From contig JBLDXI010000050.1 of NCBI GenBank assembly GCA_047495785.1, positions 434,001-498,000 on the forward strand: DNA of 64,000 nucleotides. Reading direction: 5' to 3'. Below are positions 1 to 12,000 of the stretch, piece after piece (within the stretch, counting starts at the first letter, position 1; every line of letters begins with the position of its first letter). Made by a program: the position numbers and the translations under genes. Under the pieces are notes generated by a model, which made no database searches, was not told where the DNA came from, and saw only the letters and a list, made by a program, of their open reading frames with translations. This DNA comes from Lepidodermella squamata (lineage: Eukaryota; Animalia; Gastrotricha).

Positions 1-3000
1 GTAGCTGTCACAGAAATGTCAGAAAATTCATTTCTCGGGTGCGAAACGATAATGCATGGCAGACAGAACGCGTCGTGTCAGTTCATTGTGGTAGCTCTCA
101 CAGAAATTTCAGAAAATTCATTGCCCTTGAGTGAATGAAGAATGGCTCGCCGACAGAACGCATCGTGTCTGTTCAATGTGGTAGCTCTCACAGAAATTTT
201 AGAAAATTCATTTCTCGGGTGCGAAACGATAATGCATGGCAGACAGAACGCGTCGTGTCGGTTCATTGTGGTAGCTCTCACAGAAATTTCAGGAAATTCA
301 TTGCTCGGGTGCGAAACGATAATGCCTGGCAGACAAAACGCGCCGTGTCCGATCATTGTGGTAGCTCTCACAGAAATTTCAGAAAATTCATTGCCCTTGA
401 GTGAATGGAGAATGCCTCGCCGACAGAACGCGTCGTGTCTGTTCAATGTGGTAGCTCTCACAGAAATTTCAGAAAATTCATTTCTCGGGTGCGAAATGAT
501 AATGCATGGCAGACAGAACGCGTCGTGTCAGTTCATTGTGGTAGCTCTCACAGAAATTTCAGAAAATTCATTGCCCTTGAGTGAATGAAGAATGGCTCGC
601 CGACAGAACGCATCGTGTCTGTTCAATGTGGTAGCTCTCACAGAAATTTTAGAAAATTCATTTCTCGGGTGCGAAACGATAATGCATGGCAGACAGAACG
701 CGTCGTGTCAGTTCATTGTGGTAGCTCTCACAGAAATTTCAGGAAATTCATTGCTCGGGTGCGAAACGATAATGCCTGGCAGACAAAACGCGCCGTGTCC
801 GATCATTGTGGTAGCTCCTACAGAAATTTCAGAAAATTCATTGCCCTTGAGTGAATGGAGAATGCCTCGCCGACAGAACGCGTCGTGTCTGTTCATTGTG
901 GTAGATGTCACAGAAATTTCAGGAAATTCATTGCTCGGGTGCGAAACGATAATGCCTGGCAGACAAAAGGCGCCGTGTCCGATCATTGTGGTAGCTCTCA
1001 CAGAAATTTCAGAAAATTCATTGCCCTTGAGTGAATGGAGAATGCCTCGCCGACAGAACGCGTCGTGTCTGTTCATTGTGGTAGATGTCACAGAAATTTC
1101 AGGAAAATCATTGCTCGGGTGCGAAACGATAATGCCTCGCCGACAGAACGCGTTGTGCCTGCTCATTGTGGTAGCTGTCACAGAAATGTCAGAAAATTCA
1201 TTTCTCGGGTGCGAAATGATAATGCATGGCAGACAGAACGCGTCGTGTCAGTTCATTGTGGTAGCTCTCACAGAAATTTCAGAAAATTCATTGCCCTTGA
1301 GTGAATGAAGAATGGCTCGCCGACAGAACGCATCGTGTCTGTTCAATGTGGTAGCTCTCACAGAAATTTTAGAAAATTCATTTCTCGGGTGCGAAACGAT
1401 AATGCATGGCAGACAGAACGCGTCGTGTCAGTTCATTGTGGTAGCTCTCACAGAAATTTCAGGAAATTCATTGCTCGGGTGCGAAACGATAATGCCTGGC
1501 AGACAAAACGCGCCGTGTCCGATCATTGTGGTAGCTCTCACAGAAATTTCAGAAAATTCATTGCCCTTGAGTGAATGGAGAATGCCTCGCCGACAGAACG
1601 CGTCGTGTCTGTTCATTGTGGTAGATGTCACAGAAATTTCAGGAAAATCATTGCTCGGGTGCGAAACGATAATGCCTCGCCGACAGAACGCGTTGTGCCT
1701 GCTCATTGTGGTAGCTGTCACAGAAATGTCAGAAAATTCATTTCTCGGGTGCGAAACGATAATGCATGGCAGACAGAACGCGTCGTGTCAGTTCATTGTG
1801 GTAGCTCTCACAGAAATTTCAGAAAATTCATTGCCCTTGAGTGAATGAAGAATGGCTCGCCGACAGAACGCATCGTGTCTGTTCAATGTGGTAGCTCTCA
1901 CAGAAATTTTAGAAAATTCATTTCTCGGGTGCGAAACGATAATGCCTGGCAGACAGAACGCGTCGTGTCAGTTCATTGTGGTAGCTCTCACAGAAATTTC
2001 AGAAAACTCATTTCTCGGTTGCGAATCGATAATGCCTGCAGAAAAACGCATCTTGTCCGATCATTGTAGTAGCTCTCTCAGAAATTTCAGAAAATTCATT
2101 GCCCTTGAGTGAATGAAGAATGGCTCGCCGACAGAACGCATCGTGTCTGTTCAATGTGGTAGCTCTCACAGAAATTTCAGAAAATTCATTTCTCGGGTGC
2201 GAAATGATAATGCATGGCAGACAGAACGCGTCGTGTCAGTTCATTGTGGTAGCTCTCACAGAAATTTCAGAAAATTCATTGCCCTTGAGTGAATGAAGAA
2301 TGGCTCGCCGACAGAACGCATCGTGTCTGTTCAATGTGGTAGCTCTCACAGAAATTTTAGAAAATTCATTTCTCGGGTGCGAAATGATAATGCATGGCAG
2401 ACAGAACGCGTCGTGTCAGTTCATTGTGGTAGCTCTCACAGAAATTTCAGAAAATTCATTGCCCTTGAGTGAATGAAGAATGGCTCGCCGACAGAACGCA
2501 TCGTGTCTGTTCAATGTGGTAGCTCTCACAGAAATTTCAGAAAATTCATTTCTCGGGTGCGAAATGATAATGCATGGCAGACAGAACGCGTCGTGTCAGT
2601 TCATTGTGGTAGCTCTCACAGAAATTTCAGGAAATTCATTGCTCGGGTGCGAAACGATAATGCCTGGCAGACAAAACGCGCCGTGTCCGATCATTGTGGT
2701 AGCTCTCACAGAAATTTCAGAAAATTCATTGCCCTTGAGTGAATGGAGAATGCCTCGCCGACAGAACGCGTCGTGTCTGTTCATTGTGGTAGATGTCACA
2801 GAAATTTCAGGAAATTCATTGCTCGGGTGCGAAACGATAATGCCTGGCAGACAAAAGGCGCCGTGTCCGATCATTGTGGTAGCTCTCACAGAAATTTCAG
2901 AAAATTCATTGCCCTTGAGTGAATGGAGAATGCCTCGCCGACAGAACGCGTCGTGTCTGTTCATTGTGGTAGATGTCACAGAAATTTCAGGAAAATCATT

Positions 3001-6000
3001 GCTCGGGTGCGAAACGATAATGCCTCGCCGACAGAACGCGTTGTGCCTGCTCATTGTGGTAGCTGTCACAGAAATGTCAGAAAATTCATTTCTCGGGTGC
3101 GAAACGATAATGCATGGCAGACAGAACGCGTCGTGTCAGTTCATTGTGGTAGCTCTCACAGAAATTTCAGAAAATTCATTGCCCTTGAGTGAATGAAGAA
3201 TGGCTCGCCGACAGAACGCATCGTGTCTGTTCAATGTGGTAGCTCTCACAGAAATTTTAGAAAATTCATTTCTCGGGTGCGAAACGATAATGCATGGCAG
3301 ACAGAACGCGTCGTGTCAGTTCATTGTGGTAGCTCTCACAGAAATTTCAGGAAATTCATTGCTCGGGTGCGAAACGATAATGCCTGGCAGACAAAACGCG
3401 CCGTGTCCGATCATTGTGGTAGCTCTCACAGAAATTTCAGAAAATTCATTGCCCTTGAGTGAATGGAGAATGCCTCGCCGACAGAACGCGTCGTGTCTGT
3501 TCATTGTGGTAGATGTCACAGAAATTTCAGGAAATTCATTGCTCGGGTGCGAAACGATAATGCCTGGCAGACAAAAGGCGCCGTGTCCGATCATTGTGGT
3601 AGCTCTCACAGAAATTTCAGAAAATTCATTGCCCTTGAGTGAATGGAGAATGCCTCGCCGACAGAACGCGTCGTGTCTGTTCATTGTGGTAGATGTCACA
3701 GAAATTTCAGGAAAATCATTGCTCGGGTGCGAAACGATAATGCCTCGCCGACAGAACGCGTTGTGCCTGCTCATTGTGGTAGCTGTCACAGAAATGTCAG
3801 AAAATTCATTTCTCGGGTGCGAAACGATAATGCATGGCAGACAGAACGCGTCGTGTCAGTTCATTGTGGTAGCTCTCACAGAAATTTCAGAAAACTCATT
3901 TCTCGGTTGCGAATCGATAATGCCTGCAGAAAAACGCATCTTGTCCGATCATTGTAGTAGCTCTCTCAGAAATTTCAGAAAATTCATTGCCCTTGAGTGA
4001 ATGAAGAATGGCTCGCCGACAGAACGCATCGTGTCTGTTCAATGTGGTAGCTCTCACAGAAATTTCAGAAAATTCATTTCTCGGGTGCGAAATGATAATG
4101 CATGGCAGACAGAACGCGTCGTGTCAGTTCATTGTGGTAGCTCTCACAGAAATTTCAGAAAATTCATTGCCCTTGAGTGAATGAAGAATGGCTCGCCGAC
4201 AGAACGCATCGTGTCTGTTCAATGTGGTAGCTCTCACAGAAATTTTAGAAAATTCATTTCTCGGGTGCGAAATGATAATGCATGGCAGACAGAACGCGTC
4301 GTGTCAGTTCATTGTGGTAGCTCTCACAGAAATTTCAGAAAATTCATTGCCCTTGAGTGAATGAAGAATGGCTCGCCGACAGAACGCATCGTGTCTGTTC
4401 AATGTGGTAGCTCTCACAGAAATTTCAGAAAATTCATTTCTCGGGTGCGAAATGATAATGCATGGCAGACAGAACGCGTCGTGTCAGTTCATTGTGGTAG
4501 CTCTCACAGAAATTTCAGGAAATTCATTGCTCGGGTGCGAAACGATAATGCCTGGCAGACAAAACGCGCCGTGTCCGATCATTGTGGTAGCTCTCACAGA
4601 AATTTCAGAAAATTCATTGCCCTTGAGTGAATGGAGAATGCCTCGCCGACAGAACGCGTCGTGTCTGTTCATTGTGGTAGATGTCACAGAAATTTCAGGA
4701 AATTCATTGCTCGGGTGCGAAACGATAATGCCTGGCAGACAAAAGGCGCCGTGTCCGATCATTGTGGTAGCTCTCACAGAAATTTCAGAAAATTCATTGC
4801 CCTTGAGTGAATGGAGAATGCCTCGCCGACAGAACGCGTCGTGTCTGTTCATTGTGGTAGATGTCACAGAAATTTCAGGAAAATCATTGCTCGGGTGCGA
4901 AACGATAATGCCTCGCCGACAGAACGCGTTGTGCCTGCTCATTGTGGTAGCTGTCACAGAAATGTCAGAAAATTCATTTCTCGGGTGCGAAACGATAATG
5001 CATGGCAGACAGAACGCGTCGTGTCAGTTCATTGTGGTAGCTCTCACAGAAATTTCAGAAAATTCATTGCCCTTGAGTGAATGAAGAATGGCTCGCCGAC
5101 AGAACGCATCGTGTCTGTTCAATGTGGTAGCTCTCACAGAAATTTTAGAAAATTCATTTCTCGGGTGCGAAACGATAATGCATGGCAGACAGAACGCGTC
5201 GTGTCAGTTCATTGTGGTAGCTCTCACAGAAATTTCAGGAAATTCATTGCTCGGGTGCGAAACGATAATGCCTGGCAGACAAAACGCGCCGTGTCCGATC
5301 ATTGTGGTAGCTCTCACAGAAATTTCAGAAAATTCATTGCCCTTGAGTGAATGGAGAATGCCTCGCCGACAGAACGCGTCGTGTCTGTTCATTGTGGTAG
5401 ATGTCACAGAAATTTCAGGAAATTCATTGCTCGGGTGCGAAACGATAATGCCTGGCAGACAAAAGGCGCCGTGTCCGATCATTGTGGTAGCTCTCACAGA
5501 AATTTCAGAAAATTCATTGCCCTTGAGTGAATGGAGAATGCCTCGCCGACAGAACGCGTCGTGTCTGTTCATTGTGGTAGATGTCACAGAAATTTCAGGA
5601 AAATCATTGCTCGGGTGCGAAACGATAATGCCTCGCCGACAGAACGCGTTGTGCCTGCTCATTGTGGTAGCTGTCACAGAAATGTCAGAAAATTCATTTC
5701 TCGGGTGCGAAACGATAATGCATGGCAGACAGAACGCGTCGTGTCAGTTCATTGTGGTAGCTCTCACAGAAATTTCAGAAAATTCATTGCCCTTGAGTGA
5801 ATGAAGAATGGCTCGCCGACAGAACGCATCGTGTCTGTTCAATGTGGTAGCTCTCACAGAAATTTTAGAAAATTCATTTCTCGGGTGCGAAACGATAATG
5901 CATGGCAGACAGAACGCGTCGTGTCAGTTCATTGTGGTAGCTCTCACAGAAATTTCAGGAAATTCATTGCTCGGGTGCGAAACGATAATGCCTGGCAGAC

Positions 6001-9000
6001 AAAACGCGCCGTGTCCGATCATTGTGGTAGCTCTCACAGAAATTTCAGAAAATTCATTGCCCTTGAGTGAATGGAGAATGCCTCGCCGACAGAACGCGTC
6101 GTGTCTGTTCATTGTGGTAGATGTCACAGAAATTTCAGGAAATTCATTGCTCGGGTGCGAAACGATAATGCCTGGCAGACAAAAGGCGCCGTGTCCGATC
6201 ATTGTGGTAGCTCTCACAGAAATTTCAGAAAATTCATTGCCCTTGAGTGAATGGAGAATGCCTCGCCGACAGAACGCGTCGTGTCTGTTCATTGTGGTAG
6301 ATGTCACAGAAATTTCAGGAAAATCATTGCTCGGGTGCGAAACGATAATGCCTCGCCGACAGAACGCGTTGTGCCTGCTCATTGTGGTAGCTGTCACAGA
6401 AATGTCAGAAAATTCATTTCTCGGGTGCGAAACGATAATGCATGGCAGACAGAACGCGTCGTGTCAGTTCATTGTGGTAGCTCTCACAGAAATTTCAGAA
6501 AATTCATTGCCCTTGAGTGAATGAAGAATGGCTCGCCGACAGAACGCATCGTGTCTGTTCAATGTGGTAGCTCTCACAGAAATTTTAGAAAATTCATTTC
6601 TCGGGTGCGAAACGATAATGCATGGCAGACAGAACGCGTCGTGTCAGTTCATTGTGGTAGCTCTCACAGAAATTTCAGGAAATTCATTGCTCGGGTGCGA
6701 AACGATAATGCCTGGCAGACAAAACGCGCCGTGTCCGATCATTGTGGTAGCTCTCACAGAAATTTCAGAAAATTCATTGACACATCTCGTGAGAGTAATG
6801 CCTCGCCGACAGAACGCGTCGTGTCTGTTCATTGTGGTAGATGTCACAGAAATTTCAGGAAATTCATTGCTCGGGTGCGAAACGATAATGCCTGGCAGAC
6901 AAAAGGCGCCGTGTCCGATCATTGTGGTAGCTCTCACAGAAATTTCAGAAAATTCATTGCCCTTGAGTGAATGGAGAATGCCTCGCCGACAGAACGCGTC
7001 GTGTCTGTTCATTGTGGTAGATGTCACAGAAATTTCAGGAAAATCATTGCTCGGGTGCGAAACGATAATGCCTCGCCGACAGAACGCGTTGTGCCTGCTC
7101 ATTGTGGTAGATGTCACAGAAATTTCAGGAAAATCATTGCTCGGGTGCGAAACGATAATGCCTCGCCGACAGAACGCGTCGTGTCAGTTCATTGTGGTAG
7201 CTCTCACAGAAATTTCAGAAAATTCATTGCCCTTGAGTGAATGAAGAATGGCTCGCCGACAGAACGCATCGTGTCTGTTCAATGTGGTAGCTCTCACAGA
7301 AATTTTAGAAAATTCATTTCTCGGGTGCGAAACGATAATGCATGGCAGACAGAACGCGTCGTGTCAGTTCATTGTGGTAGCTCTCACAGAAATTTCAGGA
7401 AATTCATTGCTCGGGTGCGAAACGATAATGCCTGGCAGACAAAACGCGCCGTGTCCGATCATTGTGGTAGCTCTCACAGAAATTTCAGAAAATTCATTGC
7501 CCTTGAGTGAATGGAGAATGCCTCGCCGACAGAACGCGTCGTGTCTGTTCATTGTGGTAGATGTCACAGAAATTTCAGGAAATTCATTGCTCGGGTGCGA
7601 AACGATAATGCCTGGCAGACAAAAGGGCGCCGTGTCCGATCATTGTGGTAGCTCTCACAGAAATTTCAGAAAATTCATTGCCCTTGAGTGAATGGAGAAT
7701 GCCTCGCCGACAGAACGCGTCGTGTCTGTTCATTGTGGTAGATGTCACAGAAATTTCAGGAAAATCATTGCTCGGGTGCGAAACGATAATGCCTCGCCGA
7801 CAGAACGCGTTTGTGCCTGCTCATTGTGGTAGCTGTCACAGAAATGTCAGAAAATTCATTTCTCGGGTGCGAAACGATAATGCATGGCAGACAGAACGCG
7901 TCGTGTCAGTTCATTGTGGTAGCTCTCACAGAAATTTCAGAAAATTCATTGCCCTTGAGTGAATGAAGAATGGCTCGCCGACAGAACGCATCGTGTCTGT
8001 TCAATGTGGTAGCTCTCACAGAAATTTTAGAAAATTCATTTCTCGGGTGCGAAACGATAATGCATGGCAGACAGAACGCGTCGTGTCAGTTCATTGTGGT
8101 AGCTCTCACAGAAATTTCAGGAAATTCATTGCTCGGGTGCGAAACGATAATGCCTGGCAGGACAAAACGCGCCGTGTCCGATCATTGTGGTAGCTCCTAC
8201 AGAAATTTCAGAAAATTCATTGCCCTTGAGTGAATGGAGAATGCCTCGCCGACAGAACGCGTCGTGTCTGTTCATTGTGGTAGATGTCACAGAAATTTCA
8301 GGAATTCATTGCTCGGGTGCGAAACGATAATGCCTGGCAGACAAAAGGCGCCGTGTCCGATCATTGTGGTAGCTCTCACAGAAATTTCAGAAAATTCATT
8401 GCCCTTGAGTGAATGGAGAATGCCTCGCCGACAGAACGCGTCGTGTCTGTTCATTGTGGTAGATGTCACAGAAATTTCAGGAAAATCATTGCTCGGGTGC
8501 GAAACGATAATGCCTCGCCGACAGAACGCGTTGTGCCTGCTCATTGTGGTAGCTGTCACAGAAATGTCAGAAAATTCATTTCTCGGGTGCGAAACGATAA
8601 TGCATGGCAGACAGAACGCGTCGTGTCAGTTCATTGTGGTAGCTCTCACAGAAATTTCAGAAAATTCATTGCCCTTGAGTGAATGAAGAATGGCTCGCCG
8701 ACAGAACGCATCGTGTCTGTTCAATGTGGTAGCTCTCACAGAAATTTTAGAAAATTCATTTCTCGGGTGCGAAACGATAATGCATGGCAGACAGAACGCG
8801 TCGTGTCAGTTCATTGTGGTAGCTCTCACAGAAATTTCAGGAAATTCATTGCTCGGGTGCGAAACGATAATGCCTGCAGACAAAACGCGCCGTGTCCGAT
8901 CATTGTGGTAGCTCTCACAGAAATTTCAGAAATTCATTGCCCTTGAGTGAATGGAGAATGCCTCGCCGACAGAACGCGTCGTGTCTGTTCATTGTGGTAG

Positions 9001-12000
9001 ATGTCACAGAAATTTCAGGAAAATCATTGCTCGGGTGCGAAACGATAATGCCTCGCCGACAGAACGCGTTGTGCCTGCTCATTGTGGTAGCTGTCACAGA
9101 AATGTCAGAAAATTCATTTCTCGGGTGCGAAACGATAATGCATGGCAGACAGAACGCGTCGTGTCAGTTCATTGTGGTAGCTCTCACAGAAATTTCAGAA
9201 AATTCATTGCCCTTGAGTGAATGAAGAATGGCTCGCCGACAGAACGCATCGTGTCTGTTCAATGTGGTAGCTCTCACAGAAATTTTAGAAAATTCATTTC
9301 TCGGGTGCGAAACGATAATGCATGGCAGACAGAACGCGTCGTGTCGGTTCATTGTGGTAGCTCTCACAGAAATTTCAGGAAATTCATTGCTCGGGTGCGA
9401 AACGATAATGCCTGGCAGACAAAACGCGCCGTGTCCGATCATTGTGGTAGCTCTCACAGAAATTTCAGAAAATTCATTGCCCTTGAGTGAATGGAGAATG
9501 CCTCGCCGACAGAACGCGTCGTGTCTGTTCATTGTGGTAGATGTCACAGAAATTTCAGGAAATTCATTGCTCGGGTGCGAAACGATAATGCCTGGCAGAC
9601 AAAAGGCGCCGTGTCCGATCATTGTGGTAGCTCTCACAGAAATTTCAGAAAATTCATTGCCCTTGAGTGAATGGAGAATGCCTCGCCGACAGAACGCGTC
9701 GTGTCTGTTCATTGTGGTAGATGTCACAGAAATTTCAGGAAAATCATTGCTCGGGGTGCGAAACGATAATGCCTCGCCGACAGAACGCGTTGTGCCTGCT
9801 CATTGTGGTAGCTGTCACAGAAATGTCAGAAAATTCATTTCTCGGGTGCGAAACGATAATGCATGGCAGACAGAACGCGTCGTGTCAGTTCATTGTGGTA
9901 GCTCTCACAGAAATTTCAGGAAATTCATTGCTCGGGTGCGAAACGATAATGCCTGGCAGACAAAAGGCGCCGTGTCCGATCATTGTGGTAGCTGTCACAG
10001 AAATGTCAGAAAATTCATTTCTCGGGTGCGAAACGATAATGCATGGCAGACAGAACGCGTCGTGTCAGTTCATTGTGGTAGCTCTCACAGAAATTTCAGG
10101 AAATTCATTGCTCGGGTGCGAAACGATAATGCCTGGCAGACAAAACGCGCCGTGTCCGATCATTGTGGTAGCTCTCACAGAAATTTCAGAAAATTCATTG
10201 CCCTTGAGTGAATGGAGAATGCCTCGCCGACAGAACGCGTCGTGTCTGTTCATTGTGGTAGATGTCACAGAAATGTCAGAAAATTCATTTCTCGGGTGCG
10301 AAACGATAATGCATGGCAGACAAAAGGCGCCGTGTCCGATCATTGTGGTAGCTGTCACAGAAATGTCAGAAAATTCATTTCTCGGGTGCGAAACGATAAT
10401 GCATGGCAGACGGAACGCTTCGTGCCAGTTCATTGTGGTAGCCATCACAGGAATTTCAGGAAATTCATTGCTCGGATGCGAAACGATAATGCCTCGCCGA
10501 CAGAACGCGTTGTCCCTGCTCATTGTTGTAGATGTCACAGAAATGTCAGAAAATTCATTTCTCGGGTGCGAAACGATAATGCCTGGCAGACAAAACGCGC
10601 CGTGTCCGATCATTGTGGTAGCTCTCACAGAAATTTCAGGAAATTCATTGCTCGGGTGCGAAACGATAATGCCTGGCAGACAAAACGCGCCGTGTCCGAT
10701 CATTGTGGTAGCTCTCACAGAAATTTCAGAAAATTCATTGCCCTTGAGTGAATGGAGAATGCCTCGCCGACAGAACGCGTCGTGTCTGTTCATTGTGGTA
10801 GATGTCACAGAAATGTCAGAAAATTCATTTCTCGGGTGCGAAACAATAATGCATGGCAGACGGAACGCGTCGTGTCAGTTCATTGTGGTAGCTCTCACAG
10901 AAATTTCAGAAAACTCATTTCTCGGTTGCGAATCGATAATGTATGCAGAAAAACGCATCTTGTCCGATCATTGTAGTAGCTCTCTCAGAAATTTCAGAAA
11001 ATTCATTGCCCTTGAGTGAATGAAGAATGGCTCGCCGACAGAACGCATCGTGTCTGTTCAATGTGGTAGCTCTCACAGAAATTTCAGAAAATTCATTTCT
11101 CGGGTGCGAAATGATAATGCATGGCAGACAGAACGCGTCGTGTCAGTTCATTGTGGTAGCTCTCACAGAAATTTCAGGAATTCATTGCTCGGGGTGCGAA
11201 ACGATAATGCCTGGCAGACAAAACGCGCCGTGTCCGATCATTGTGGTAGCTCTCACAGAAATTTCAGAAAACTCATTTCTCGGTTGCGAATCGATAATGC
11301 CTGCAGAAAAACGCATCTTGTCCGATCATTGTAGTAGCTCTCTCAGAAATTTCAGAAAATTCATTGCCCTTGAGTGAATGAAGAATGGCTCGCCGACAGA
11401 ACGCATCGTGTCTGTTCAATGTGGTAGCTCTCACAGAAATTTCAGGAAATTCATTGCTCGGGTGCGAAACGATAATGCCTGGCAGACAAAACGCGCCGTG
11501 TCCGATCATTGTGGTAGCTCTCACAGAAATTTCAGAAAATTCATTGCCCTTGAGTGAATGGAGAATGCCTCGCCGACAGAACGCGTCGTGTCTGTTCATT
11601 GTGGTAGATGTCACAGAAATGTCAGAAAATTCATTTCTCGGGTGCGAAACGATAATGCATGGCAGACAAAAGGCGCCGTGTCCGATCATTGTGGTAGCTG
11701 TCACAGAAATGTCAGAAAATTCATTTCTCGGGTGCGAAACGATAATGCATGGCAGACGGAACGCTTCGTGTCTGTTCAATGTGGTAGCTCTCACAGAAAT
11801 GTCAGAAAATTCATTTCTCGGGTGCGAAACGATAATGCATGGCAGACAGAACGCGTCGTGTCAGTTCATTGTGGTAGCTCTCACAGAAATTTCAGGAAAT
11901 TCATTGCTCGGGTGCGAAACGATAATGCCTGGCAGACAAAACGCGCCGTGTCCGATCATTGTGGTAGCTCTCACAGAAATTTCAGAAAATTCATTGCCCT

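Noticed and set aside
31-50. Possible CENP-B box around TTTCTCGGGTGCGAAA
   Set aside because: It has CGGG and CGAA/TTCG, but not in the TTCG-N4-A-N2-CGGG arrangement on either strand.
6780-6796. Unique 17-bp patch as a biological insertion or conversion tract
   Set aside because: Better explained as a PacBio barcode remnant; reported as an artefact.
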